Positions 46,463 to 55,295 of a stretch of DNA of 64,000 nucleotides are shown piece by piece. Numbering within the stretch: the first letter of the stretch is position 1; each line of letters begins with the position of its first letter. Under the pieces are notes generated by a model. That model made no database searches. It saw nothing but the letters and a program-made list of their open reading frames with translations, and was not told where the DNA came from. This stretch comes from Clostridia bacterium. GTDB taxonomy: Bacteria > Bacillota > Peptococcia > DRI-13 > SM3-B62. The stretch is from positions 2,425-66,424 of the forward strand of contig JAHDQS010000006.1 in NCBI GenBank assembly GCA_018433675.1, written 5' to 3'. Position numbers and translations under genes: made by a program.

Positions 46463-47350
46463 CTAGGCGTTTAGATATTTGTCTGCCACGGCGTTGTATT
46501 CCTCGGTCATTTTTTCCATGACCTTCTTGCGGGCTACCCTTCCTCCGCGCTCATCACCTAATGCACCGCGACCCCAAGGTCCTAGCTTTTCTTGCTGTCC
46601 GGCTTTCTTTGCCTCGCGAACTTCCGCAATATGCTTTTTGATAGTAGCCTTCATGTCTTCTACTTTTTTGACTATCTCTTCGACTCCTCCCAGTCTGTGG
46701 AAGAAGTCAACGCCGGCAGCAAAAACCGGATTGTCTTTTGACAGTTCTTCTAAGCGTTCAATGTCAATCTTAGTAATCCTGGAAATACTGGTCAGAGGCA
46801 TAACGTGGATCATTGTGCCAAAAGTCTTGTCCAGTGCTAAGATTTGGTCTGCCTGCAGCCCATGACAGAGGAATGCGCCGCTGATAGCCCTTCCTATTAC
46901 CATAGCAATAATAGGATGCCCAAGTTTTCTAGCTTCGGCTAAAGCGAGCTGATAACTACCGGTAGCCTTGTTCATTCCGAATATCTCTTCGGTTTTTCCG
47001 GGGCCGTTACCGGGGGTATCGACAATCAAAACCAAAGGTCTTTTTTGCTCAAGGGGCTTATCCTTATCAGCTTCTATCGTACTATATACCGCAAGAGCCA
47101 TCTTATAAGCCTCTTCCATCCCAATTACGCCGAAGTAAACAACATTAAACCTGGGGTTAATCGCTTGCGCATCATTTGCTATGAATGTAGCCTTTTCACC
47201 GTCCAAAAGCCCTGTGCCTACAACTGCTCCCGGTCCTATTTCAGCTTCTATTTGAATATCGTCAATCAAATTTTCTTTAATAGAATCAGCATCGAAAATC
47301 ATTTCCAATGCGTCCCGGCCTCTACCGATCATACCTTGTTCGTAATCCAT
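46463..47350 (-). CDS. madD: malonate decarboxylase carboxyltransferase subunit (MadD / MdcE gamma-like)
   Basis: 295 aa crotonase-like carboxyltransferase fold (LVLIVDTPGNGPG) following madC. Confidence 0.8.
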   Translation of the reverse strand: MDYEQGMIGRGRDALEMIFDADSIKENLIDDIQIEAEIGPGAVVGTGLLDGEKATFIANDAQAINPRFNVVYFGVIGMEEAYKMALAVYSTIEADKDKPLEQKRPLVLIVDTPGNGPGKTEEIFGMNKATGSYQLALAEARKLGHPIIAMVIGRAISGAFLCHGLQADQILALDKTFGTMIHVMPLTSISRITKIDIERLEELSKDNPVFAAGVDFFHRLGGVEEIVKKVEDMKATIKKHIAEVREAKKAGQQEKLGPWGRGALGDERGGRVARKKVMEKMTEEYNAVADKYLNA

Positions 47351-47365
47351 TAATTTATACCTCCT

Positions 47366-48331
47366 TTACCCTAGTTTTCTTTCCCTGCGTTTTGCGACCT
47401 TCAAAAATTCATCAGGTCCCATATCAACGAGTTTCGCAGGATCTTCATTGCCGTAGTATTTCCAAACATCCATGGAATCCTTCGCCCCTAACCCCACAGC
47501 CAGCTTCACTAACTCCAGCTGTTCCTCGACCAATTTCTTGGAACCGATTCTGCGGAATTTCTCGATTTCGGCAAAAGGCAGTTTCATAACTTCCTGTAAT
47601 TGCTGGTAGAATCCAGCCACGCTATCTTCCACCAGGAAATTGGCATCCTGCATGATGTACTTATGCTTGCCGCCAGTTGTCCTGAAGACCAACGCCTTGT
47701 TGGAAGCATCAAATTCGTCCTTGCCCATCTCCTGTTCAATAACCTCGGGGCCTGTTAAGCCCAGCCGTCCCTGTTCGCTCATTATTATCACATCAGTTGC
47801 GGCACCGACAAAACCCATCCCGCCAAAACAACCTATTTTACTCCCTATTACCGCTATAATGGGGATTTTGCCACGGGCATCCTGGAACTGATCCATTACT
47901 TCCGCGTGGGCCAACAGACCTGCATTTGATTCATGAAGCCTAACCCCGCCTGTTTCAAAGGAGATTACAACTGCCGGGAGCCTTTCTTCGTATGAATCAG
48001 GGTACTTCACCTTAACATCCTCATATGCTTTCAAAGCTAACTTAATTGCCTGTACCATTTTAGCTCCGTGTACTTCACCAACTGCTCCGCCGATAAAGCG
48101 TCCTTCCTGGGAGACTACGAAAACTGGCCTTTTTCCGATAAGCCCTATTCCGGTAACAACACCGTCATCGTACCCAATCGCCTCACCAAGTACCGGCAAG
48201 TGAGGGCTTGGCATCCTATCCCTTGGAGAGACAAATTCAGTGAAAGTACCTTTGTCAACAAGGCCAAAAGCCCTTTCTCTGGCATTTGCTTCAGTAAATT
48301 TTGCTTTTTGCAGTTCATCCCAACTAAGCAT
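47366..48331 (-). CDS. madC: malonate decarboxylase carboxyltransferase subunit (MadC / MdcD beta-like)
   Basis: 321 aa with GGAVGEVHGAKM and GGVRLHE motifs of carboxyltransferase beta-type subunits. Confidence 0.8.
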   Translation of the reverse strand: MLSWDELQKAKFTEANARERAFGLVDKGTFTEFVSPRDRMPSPHLPVLGEAIGYDDGVVTGIGLIGKRPVFVVSQEGRFIGGAVGEVHGAKMVQAIKLALKAYEDVKVKYPDSYEERLPAVVISFETGGVRLHESNAGLLAHAEVMDQFQDARGKIPIIAVIGSKIGCFGGMGFVGAATDVIIMSEQGRLGLTGPEVIEQEMGKDEFDASNKALVFRTTGGKHKYIMQDANFLVEDSVAGFYQQLQEVMKLPFAEIEKFRRIGSKKLVEEQLELVKLAVGLGAKDSMDVWKYYGNEDPAKLVDMGPDEFLKVAKRRERKLG

Positions 48332-48336
48332 TATTT

Positions 48337-48669
48337 CTACTCCCCTCCTTTTTCAATCTTATTAGCTTCTGCCAACGCCTGACGAAGCCTCATGGAAACA
48401 ACCACAGGAGTCGCATTGTTATCATTTATTTCAATCAACAAATCTCCCAGGTTATTACCCTTCACAAACTTAGTAACTACCATTTCCCAGACCTTGTCAA
48501 AACCTGTAACCGGAGTTACAACCTTTACTTCAGCACCACCGCCGAAATCCTTCTTCTCCATCAGCACTTCCAAATCACCGGAGCCAACGACTCCCAGATG
48601 AGAATACTCCTTTGCAATCGACTGCGGATTTTCAACCTTATACTTGAAATTCAGCTCATTCAAAGCCAC
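48337..48669 (-). CDS. madE: malonate decarboxylase acyl carrier protein (delta subunit)
   Basis: 110 aa. GVVGSGDLEVL contains the prosthetic-group serine, as in MdcC/CitD. Confidence 0.85.
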   Translation of the reverse strand: MALNELNFKYKVENPQSIAKEYSHLGVVGSGDLEVLMEKKDFGGGAEVKVVTPVTGFDKVWEMVVTKFVKGNNLGDLLIEINDNNATPVVVSMRLRQALAEANKIEKGGE

Positions 48670-48690
48670 AGCGTATAGCCTCCTTTCTTC

Positions 48691-50358
48691 TTACCAGTTT
48701 CTGAATCTTGCCGGTGGATTATATAATCCGCCGGACCATTCGACCAGTTCCTTGATATTCTTCGCCGCAAGCATCGACCTGTTGGCGCGTGTAACATCAA
48801 TGCCTAAATCTTCCGGTGTCTTTACAATGCCTCTCTTACGCAAATCCATCGTTTCTTCTTCTTTAGCCTGTAAACCAATCTCGGTATAACCGGCAATCGC
48901 TCTAATAGCAGCCATCTTTTCCTTCATATCCACACATTTATGGAAGTAGGCAATTCCTTCCTCAGTGATATAGTGGGTGACATCGTCCGAATAAACCATA
49001 ACCGGAGGAATATCCAGATTAGCGTTTTTCTGCAGCTTCCAAGCATCCAGCTCATCAACAAAGGCCGGATCCATCTTCTCTTTGAAGGTCTCCTGCATCT
49101 GAACAACCAACTTTTTACCGCGAGGCATTTTGCCGAGAAGGGCTTCTTGCATACCGTACTCGAGTCCACACTTCAACCATGCATCTGACGAGTGACGGCG
49201 CCCTTTGGCATCGCAACCCATGTTGGGTGCACCGCCGAAGCCGGCAACCCTATTTGCCGTAGCAGTACTGCTGTTGCCGTACTTATCTATCTGCAGAGTT
49301 CCACCGATAAACATATCCATTGCATAATGCCCTGCTGCCTGGCTGTAAGCCCGGTTTGACCTCAGGGTTCCATCCGGCCCAATGAAGAAGACATCTGATC
49401 TTGCGGCAACGTATTTTTCCATTCCTAATTCTCCGCCGAAGCAGTGAATATTCTTGACCCAACCACTTTCAATAGCCGGTATCATCGTCGGATGGGGGTT
49501 GAGAGCAAAGTATGAACAAATCTTGCCTTTGAGTCCTAACTCTTCGGCATAGGTCGGCAGCATGAGTTCGATTGCGGCTGTGAAGAATCCTATCCCGTGG
49601 TTCATGCTCTGCACACCGTATTCTGCGTAAACGCCTTTAAGGGCCATCATACCCATCAAAATTTGTGTGTCTGTAATTAGGCCAGGATCCCTTGTAAACA
49701 AAGGCTCAATGTAAAAGTTCTTGGGCGATTGAATGACAAAGTCGACCCAGTCGGCCGGAATATCTACCCGTGGAACCTTGTCGACTATTTTATTGACCTG
49801 CGCAATAACAATACCCTGCTTAAACTTCGTAGCTTCGACAATTATCGGCGTGTCTTCCGTATTAAAACCCGTATAGAGGTTACCCTCCTTATCTGCTTCA
49901 AACGCAACAATCAAGGCTACTTTCGGTACCAGGTCTGCATAGTACCTACCAAATAACTCCAAATAAGTATGGATGGCACCCAATTCCAGCTTGCCATCAC
50001 GGACAAAATCCGCCAGACGGCCCGCCTGCGGTCCCGAAAAAGAAAAATCGAGTTTTTTCGCGATTCCCTTTTCGAAAACGTCAAGATGGCTTTTCAATGA
50101 TACGACTGACTGAACCATATGAAGATCATAGATCTTCTTGGGGTCCACCTCACAGAGACATTCCGCCAAAAAATCCGCCTGTTTCTGGTTGTTTCCTTCC
50201 AGATTCACCTTGTCTCCGGGCTTGATTACTCCTTCTAATAGAGCAACCGTATTCTCGGCTTTAACTACCTTGCCTTCTTCAACCAGATGCGCTACTTTTT
50301 TCATTCTTTCTTCGGTGTCTCTTTTTAAATTGTCCCAAACTCTCACTTCACGTTCCAT
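48691..50358 (-). CDS. madA: malonate decarboxylase alpha subunit (acetyl-S-ACP:malonate ACP transferase)
   Basis: 555 aa, the typical length for MdcA/MadA, with CoA-transferase-like architecture. It is the first gene after the leader terminator. Confidence 0.9.
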   Translation of the reverse strand: MEREVRVWDNLKRDTEERMKKVAHLVEEGKVVKAENTVALLEGVIKPGDKVNLEGNNQKQADFLAECLCEVDPKKIYDLHMVQSVVSLKSHLDVFEKGIAKKLDFSFSGPQAGRLADFVRDGKLELGAIHTYLELFGRYYADLVPKVALIVAFEADKEGNLYTGFNTEDTPIIVEATKFKQGIVIAQVNKIVDKVPRVDIPADWVDFVIQSPKNFYIEPLFTRDPGLITDTQILMGMMALKGVYAEYGVQSMNHGIGFFTAAIELMLPTYAEELGLKGKICSYFALNPHPTMIPAIESGWVKNIHCFGGELGMEKYVAARSDVFFIGPDGTLRSNRAYSQAAGHYAMDMFIGGTLQIDKYGNSSTATANRVAGFGGAPNMGCDAKGRRHSSDAWLKCGLEYGMQEALLGKMPRGKKLVVQMQETFKEKMDPAFVDELDAWKLQKNANLDIPPVMVYSDDVTHYITEEGIAYFHKCVDMKEKMAAIRAIAGYTEIGLQAKEEETMDLRKRGIVKTPEDLGIDVTRANRSMLAAKNIKELVEWSGGLYNPPARFRNW

Positions 50359-50403
50359 TTACTACGCTCCTTTCTTACCATATTAATTTAACTGCAACCT
50401 CCT

Positions 50404-50447
50404 AAAAAAAAGGACAGATTGGAGCCCTCACGGACCCTTCCTCTGTC
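50404..50447 (-). terminator. intrinsic terminator in the hutP-like/madA intergenic leader
   Basis: Minus strand GACAGAGGAAGGGUCCGUGAGGGCUCCAAUCUGUCC followed by UUUUUUUU. It ends about 45 nt upstream of the madA ATG. Confidence 0.7.
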
Positions 50448-50533
50448 TCTCCTTCTCCACTATCTCTTTTCTCTGTCTATATTCTCTTCTTTTGTCTTGT
50501 TTATTCTTTCTCTCTGTCATTCATATTATATCC

Positions 50534-50986
50534 TTAACAGATATGCATTACTCCCAAACCAGCTCTCATATGATTTGTCAGTGGGTGTATAGCAGATTGA
50601 CCGAACATGGCTACCGCTATCCACGTATCATCTCTCACTATTGCAACTTTCACGGCAAGGCTGGTACTGGTAGAAGCATTAACCAAAATACCTTTCTTTG
50701 CTTCCTCTGTCGCATGTAACACCGCATGTACCTGCTGTGTTGTCTTCTTGATGATATTGGTGTTTAAGCAAGCACCCAATATTGCTTTAGTCGTTTTTTC
50801 CTGAAAACCGGTATGAGAAAGACCTCCGATTTCGGTAACAACATGTCTTAAACCATCTTTATCAAGAAGAGCTTTAACTGCTTTTTCCGTATTTAAACTC
50901 CGGGTTATCGCCAGCAACATGGCAGCCGTTTCAACCGAAAGAGTAGCTTCGTCCTTAAAGCAATCAACCATCTTAACCGTGTTCAA
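50534..50986 (-). CDS. hutP: HutP-family RNA-binding antiterminator-like protein (paralog 2)
   Basis: 150 aa. VHAVLHATEEAKKGI and TWIAVAMFGQSAIHPLTNHMRAGLGVMHI align by eye with B. subtilis HutP HALYHATMEALHGV and DWIAVSLYGTIGAPIKGLEHETFGVGINHI. The TTG start lies after GGAAGGTG. Confidence 0.75.
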   Translation of the reverse strand: MNTVKMVDCFKDEATLSVETAAMLLAITRSLNTEKAVKALLDKDGLRHVVTEIGGLSHTGFQEKTTKAILGACLNTNIIKKTTQQVHAVLHATEEAKKGILVNASTSTSLAVKVAIVRDDTWIAVAMFGQSAIHPLTNHMRAGLGVMHIC

Positions 50987-51031
50987 TTTAACACCTTCCT
51001 TCCCTCTATTTCTCTTTCCCTCATTGTGTTA

Positions 51032-51061
51032 AATATACAATAAATTTGTAAAGAATGTCAA
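51032..51061 (-). promoter_or_regulatory. candidate sigma-A promoter for hutP-like/madA operon
   Basis: The minus strand reads TTGACA (51061-51056), an 18 nt spacer, then TATATT (51037-51032). Confidence 0.55.
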
Positions 51062-51131
51062 CGCTTTTGTAACTATTCCACCAAGTTACCGATACCTGCT
51101 TGTTACCGGTCACTATCTCGATAATCATTTC

Positions 51132-52337
51132 TTACAGCATGAAAATCGTCGAGATAAAGACACCTGCCGCAATGGCCGAAACTATCAAACCGCTGACACC
51201 GGCACCCATAGCTAAGGGCATAATAACACAGAAAGGATTCTCTTCCATGGCGGTCTTTTGAGCAATTTTAGCAGTCGTTGGCAGGCAGGAAACACCGGCA
51301 ATACCGATAACCGGGTTATAGTTCCCCTTACTGAACTTATAAATCAGCCAACCGCCAACGATGCCGCCTACACCTGAAACAGCCAAAGCAAGTATTCCTA
51401 AAACGACCAAAACACCTACCTTAGGATTCAGAATCGTTTGCGCTTCACACAAAGCCCCTAACAAGAAACCCAGGAACAATGTTGAACCGTAAGTAACGGT
51501 AGTCTCCAACAAAGTCTGAAAAGGTTCAATCTCCGCTTCTTTAATGGCAATCCCCAAGAAGAAGGAAACAATAAGCGGTGCCGCAACAGGCAACAGGAGA
51601 CATAACAAACCACAAGCTATGACAGTGAAGACGAACTTTGATTTTTTGGTAACGTTAGGCGTTGGTATCTCCACGTCAATACCCCTGTATTTTTTAGGAA
51701 CCAAAAGCTTGATGATATAAGGATACCCTGCATAAGTCAAGCTCAAGTAAAGATAAGCTATGATCGAAATCGGTACAAAGAGATCTTTCGCCAGAATCAG
51801 GGACGTAAACAGAACCATCGGCCCGTCTGCACCGCCGATAACAGCAATTGAAGCAGCCTCACCGGGCGGAAGACCTATCTTGAGGGCTACTACCAAAGTT
51901 ACAAATGTACCCAACTCGGCAAACAGAGCCACAATTATGCTTGCCCAAGGTCTAGCCAAGATGAAACCGATCTCGCTCATGGACCCTATTCCAAAGAACA
52001 CTAAGCAGGCAATCAAGCCATTGCTAAAGGTCATATTGTAAATCGGCTGCAGCCAGTTAACCTGCATAATATCCACAAGGGCACCAGGATCTGCTACCAG
52101 AGGATCCAAAAATATGGTGCCTATTCTACCGGCCTCCAAGAACAAAACACCGGCATTGATTGCTATCATCCCAATTCCCATGGGAACCATAATCAACGGT
52201 TCTAAGACCCTCTTAAAACCCATGTAAGCTAAAATGAATCCAAAAATCATTAATGCTACCCTTGTTAAGGATATAACAGGGTCTTGCAAAAAAAGAGTAC
52301 TTATACCGGGAAACAACTGTGACAAAGTATTAAGCAT
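51132..52337 (-). CDS. madB: Na+-translocating decarboxylase beta subunit (MadB/OadB family)
   Basis: 401 aa polytopic protein of typical OadB/GcdB/MadB length and composition. Confidence 0.9.
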   Translation of the reverse strand: MLNTLSQLFPGISTLFLQDPVISLTRVALMIFGFILAYMGFKRVLEPLIMVPMGIGMIAINAGVLFLEAGRIGTIFLDPLVADPGALVDIMQVNWLQPIYNMTFSNGLIACLVFFGIGSMSEIGFILARPWASIIVALFAELGTFVTLVVALKIGLPPGEAASIAVIGGADGPMVLFTSLILAKDLFVPISIIAYLYLSLTYAGYPYIIKLLVPKKYRGIDVEIPTPNVTKKSKFVFTVIACGLLCLLLPVAAPLIVSFFLGIAIKEAEIEPFQTLLETTVTYGSTLFLGFLLGALCEAQTILNPKVGVLVVLGILALAVSGVGGIVGGWLIYKFSKGNYNPVIGIAGVSCLPTTAKIAQKTAMEENPFCVIMPLAMGAGVSGLIVSAIAAGVFISTIFML

Positions 52338-52340
52338 CTG

Positions 52341-52511
52341 TTAAACCTCCCCTTCCCCGTTGTCTTTACCACCGGACAACATTTTATTTACTCCGACTAT
52401 TACCCCCACAACGGCGAAGGCTATCACTGCAGTCAAAGCATAAGCAAAAAGCGCGTATTGTATTGCTCCCAATTTTTCCACCTTCCTTTTGTAATATTTG
52501 AAAACAAACAT
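52341..52511 (-). CDS. small single-TM protein (possible decarboxylase gamma-like/anchor subunit)
   Basis: The start is trimmed to ATG at 52511, after GGAGG (52521-52517). The 56 aa protein has one TM (ALFAYALTAVIAFAVVGVIVGV) and is separated from madB by 3 nt. Confidence 0.5.
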   Translation of the reverse strand: MFVFKYYKRKVEKLGAIQYALFAYALTAVIAFAVVGVIVGVNKMLSGGKDNGEGEV

Positions 52512-52571
52512 CGTATCCTCCGACCCGTTGACATCCCTCCCGTCTTGCCATAACAACCTTGAAAATTTAAC

Positions 52572-52616
52572 AAAAAAAAAGGAACCGCCCAGGCTGTCCC
52601 TACCTGGATTTGTCCC
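52572..52616 (-). terminator. intrinsic terminator inside the 5' leader of the small-ORF/madB unit
   Basis: Minus strand GGGACAAAUCCAGGUAGGGACAGCCUGGGCGGUUCC followed by UUUUUUUUU. It lies downstream of the promoter at 52749-52721. Confidence 0.6.
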
Positions 52617-52720
52617 TTTTTCGCCACATATTAAAATGCTGACATAACCGTATTTAGTTCTAACAATACTGTCAAGCTAAAGAAACTGCTTCTCTATTTC
52701 CCTGACATTTCACTGGGAAC

Positions 52721-52749
52721 ATTATAGCATCCACATATTTTTTTGTCAA
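52721..52749 (-). promoter_or_regulatory. consensus sigma-A promoter
   Basis: The minus strand reads TTGACA (52749-52744), a 17 nt spacer, then TATAAT (52726-52721). Both hexamers are perfect. Confidence 0.7.
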
Positions 52750-52797
52750 CAAAATGGGCACCTCAAATTTTAAATGTTTTTTTCCATTACTAGCCAT

Positions 52798-53241
52798 TTA
52801 ACTCATTTCATTTACCTGTTGGATACCCTGTCCGTTTGTTTGCACAATGGGCTTATCATTCTTAAACTTATCAACTACACCTTGAATCTTATCCACCACT
52901 TGAGGGGCAACATCTACCAGTCTTTCCATTACCGCATTCCTGCCATCAACAGGCATTAAACGCACCTCGCCATTACCAACCACAAGAAAACCGACAGGCT
53001 GAACAGAAACACCCGCGCCGCTACCTCCGCCAAAAGGCAGTTCCGATATCTCGCGTCCTTCTGTTGTGGCGTTGAACTCGCTGCCCCCCGCTGCAAAACC
53101 GCAGCCGACACGAGATACAGGAATAATCACAGTGCCGTCGGGTGTTTCCACCGCATCGCCGACAACAGTATTCACCTCTACCATTTCCTTGATACTCTCC
53201 ATGGCCGTTTTCATAAGAGCTTCAATAGGATGGTTACTCAT
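52798..53241 (-). CDS. ytfJ: sporulation protein YtfJ (GerW family)
   Basis: 147 aa with the typical sequence VIIPVSRVGCGFAAGGSEF...PFGGGSGAGVSVQPVGFLVV. Confidence 0.85.
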   Translation of the reverse strand: MSNHPIEALMKTAMESIKEMVEVNTVVGDAVETPDGTVIIPVSRVGCGFAAGGSEFNATTEGREISELPFGGGSGAGVSVQPVGFLVVGNGEVRLMPVDGRNAVMERLVDVAPQVVDKIQGVVDKFKNDKPIVQTNGQGIQQVNEMS

Positions 53242-53923
53242 TTTTAAACCTCCTTAGTGTTTCTTTGATTTCTCCGATATTCCTAAGTATCCGGTAAACG
53301 ATAATAATAATATGGCTTAAGTAAAACTCAATTATACAGTAATAATCCACATGCAGGTAATTTGTCTTTTCAAACCTGGGGATCACCTCTATTTTCCCTT
53401 CCGTATCGTGCATATCGAAAGTCGTCGCCAGTCTAGCGTGCATCACACCCATAACCGACCATAACAAACCTGTTGATACTGCTGTTTCTGCGACATCTTG
53501 CAGCGCAATTTCGGTAGCAAGCTTGAGGGTGGCTAGCTTTGGCCTGCCTATCACCGCAAAAGCCCTCGTAAAACCCTGCATGATATAACTGTTCAGCTTT
53601 GCTGCCAATAGAATCCTTCTCAATACACGACCCCAGGGCACATCTTTTGCTGCAAGATCCTCCGGTGATTTTTCCGGCTTTCTAAAAGGTTTGCGTGAAA
53701 GACCCCAAATCATCTTCGTCACAGGATTAACCACTTCTATCCCCCCGGGAAGGAAGCGGTTTTTTATTCGCGCACTGAATTCTATCCTGTTTTCTTTTCT
53801 TGTCAGCCTCAGCGATAACGAAAGAGGCAGATATATTACAACAACCACTACAAGCAACAGGAGAAAAAAAACACCCAAGGCTATATAACCCAAGACAAGC
53901 CACCCTTTACTTTTTACTGCCAA
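53234..53923 (-). CDS. DUF2953-like membrane protein (YtfI-like)
   Basis: 229 aa with an N-terminal TM, directly upstream of and overlapping ytfJ as in other spore formers. Confidence 0.55.
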   Translation of the reverse strand: MAVKSKGWLVLGYIALGVFFLLLLVVVVVIYLPLSLSLRLTRKENRIEFSARIKNRFLPGGIEVVNPVTKMIWGLSRKPFRKPEKSPEDLAAKDVPWGRVLRRILLAAKLNSYIMQGFTRAFAVIGRPKLATLKLATEIALQDVAETAVSTGLLWSVMGVMHARLATTFDMHDTEGKIEVIPRFEKTNYLHVDYYCIIEFYLSHIIIIVYRILRNIGEIKETLRRFKNE

Positions 53924-53937
53924 TTACTAGTATTACC

Positions 53938-53966
53938 AAAAAATGCCGCGGCAATTTGCCGCAGCA
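53938..53966 (-). terminator. rho-independent terminator after scpB
   Basis: Minus strand UGCUGCGGCAAAUUGCCGCGGCA followed by UUUUUU. Confidence 0.7.
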
Positions 53967-53971
53967 CTTAA

Positions 53972-54514
53972 TTACTTACTCTCATTTTCAATTTTCTCTG
54001 TTTCCTGCAGCTTGGGTAATTCTTCTAACGACCTTAGCCCTAAATACTTTAAGAAGGATTTAGACGTAACGTACAAAATAGGACGTCCCGCAGTATCCCG
54101 CCGACCCGCTTCCTTGATTAAGCCTCTTTCCTGTAACGTATTTAAGGAACTCTCACTTTTAACACCACGAATTTCATCAATCTCACTTTTTGTTACCGGC
54201 TGTCGATAGGCAATAATTGCTAACGTTTCCAGCGCTGCTTGTGAAAGAGCCATTAACCTGGGTTTAGCTATCTTTTCCACATATGGAGCAAACTCCGGTC
54301 GGGTCACAAAGGAATAACCCTCTGCTACCTCTGTCAAAATGAAGCCCTTCCCCGTCTTCTCACAATCGGCTTTGATTTCTTTTAAATAGTACAGGACATC
54401 CCTTTCGTCCCTACCCAGTGTTTCGGCAATAACCTTCAGAGATAATGGCTCACCTGAAACAAACAGTAGAGCCTCAATTATGCTTTTAGTATCATCAGGA
54501 AACAAAGTTGGCAC
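53972..54514 (-). CDS. scpB: segregation and condensation protein B
   Basis: 180 aa. EALLFVSGEPL and tandem winged-helix features are present (LETLAIIAYRQPVTKSEIDEIRG). Confidence 0.9.
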   Translation of the reverse strand: MPTLFPDDTKSIIEALLFVSGEPLSLKVIAETLGRDERDVLYYLKEIKADCEKTGKGFILTEVAEGYSFVTRPEFAPYVEKIAKPRLMALSQAALETLAIIAYRQPVTKSEIDEIRGVKSESSLNTLQERGLIKEAGRRDTAGRPILYVTSKSFLKYLGLRSLEELPKLQETEKIENESK

Positions 54515-55256
54515 TTGTCCGTTCTCCTTCTTCTATTCTCAAGAATACAATAATATCAGCAAACAACCCTGACTGACGAAGCATCACAACGCCGCGTCTG
54601 GCTAGTTCCAACAACGCTAAAAAAGTAACAACAACTTCATCCGGCCTTCTGACCGAACTGAATAATTCATAGAATACAACACCCCCAGGTCTCTCCTCCA
54701 GCGCTGTTACTATCTCCCGGATCTTTTCCTGGATGGTTATTTCCTCACGGTCTATCGAAATAACTTCCTTCTTCCTCTCAGCCCTGCGTAACACATGACA
54801 ATACGCTTTCAGCATATCCTGCAGAGAAACAGAGCCTAACGGATTCGCCGCGGGAAACTCACTCAAGAGCTTGACCTCGTCAACCTCCCGCCAAAAGGCA
54901 ATCGATTGCGCCGTCTCCATGTTTTTGAATTCCGCGGCCTTCTCCTTATATTGCTTATACTCTAAAAGCTTTTCTACCAGAGCTTGTCTCGGGTCCTCTT
55001 CAATTTCATCTTCTTCTGCCTTTTTGTGTTTGGGAAGCAGCATTTTAACCTTAATCGACAGAAGAGTACACGCCATCAACAAAAATTCGCTTGTTAACTC
55101 AAGGTCCAGTTCTCCCACCCCAGCTAAGTACTCTAAGTATTGCTCCGTTATCAGGGCAATAGGAATATCATAAATATCAATTTCATTTTTCTCAATCAGA
55201 TGCAATAAAACATCAAGTGGCCCTTCAAAATCAGGTATCTTCACTTCATAATTCAT
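54495..55256 (-). CDS. scpA: segregation and condensation protein A
   Basis: 253 aa. FEGPLDVLLHLIEKNEIDIYDIPIA is a typical ScpA N-terminus. Confidence 0.9.
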   Translation of the reverse strand: MNYEVKIPDFEGPLDVLLHLIEKNEIDIYDIPIALITEQYLEYLAGVGELDLELTSEFLLMACTLLSIKVKMLLPKHKKAEEDEIEEDPRQALVEKLLEYKQYKEKAAEFKNMETAQSIAFWREVDEVKLLSEFPAANPLGSVSLQDMLKAYCHVLRRAERKKEVISIDREEITIQEKIREIVTALEERPGGVVFYELFSSVRRPDEVVVTFLALLELARRGVVMLRQSGLFADIIVFLRIEEGERTSANFVS

Positions 55257-55295
55257 GTCGTCACCTTTTTTTCCGACATACGCATGTTTATCCGG

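Noticed and set aside
50448-50533. I tested the hutP-madA leader for the canonical B. subtilis HutP site (three NAG triplets spaced 7 nt apart, in two sets).
   Set aside because: NAG triplets are abundant, but I found only pairs at 7-nt spacing and no clean triple. The canonical site is therefore not claimed. Only the AG-rich tract and the GACAGAG repeats are reported.
52433-52627. A 64-aa minus-strand ORF covering the leader terminator and the start of the small TM ORF.
   Set aside because: It would have to be translated through the terminator hairpin and the U9 tract. The shorter ORF at 52511 has a proper GGAGG RBS.
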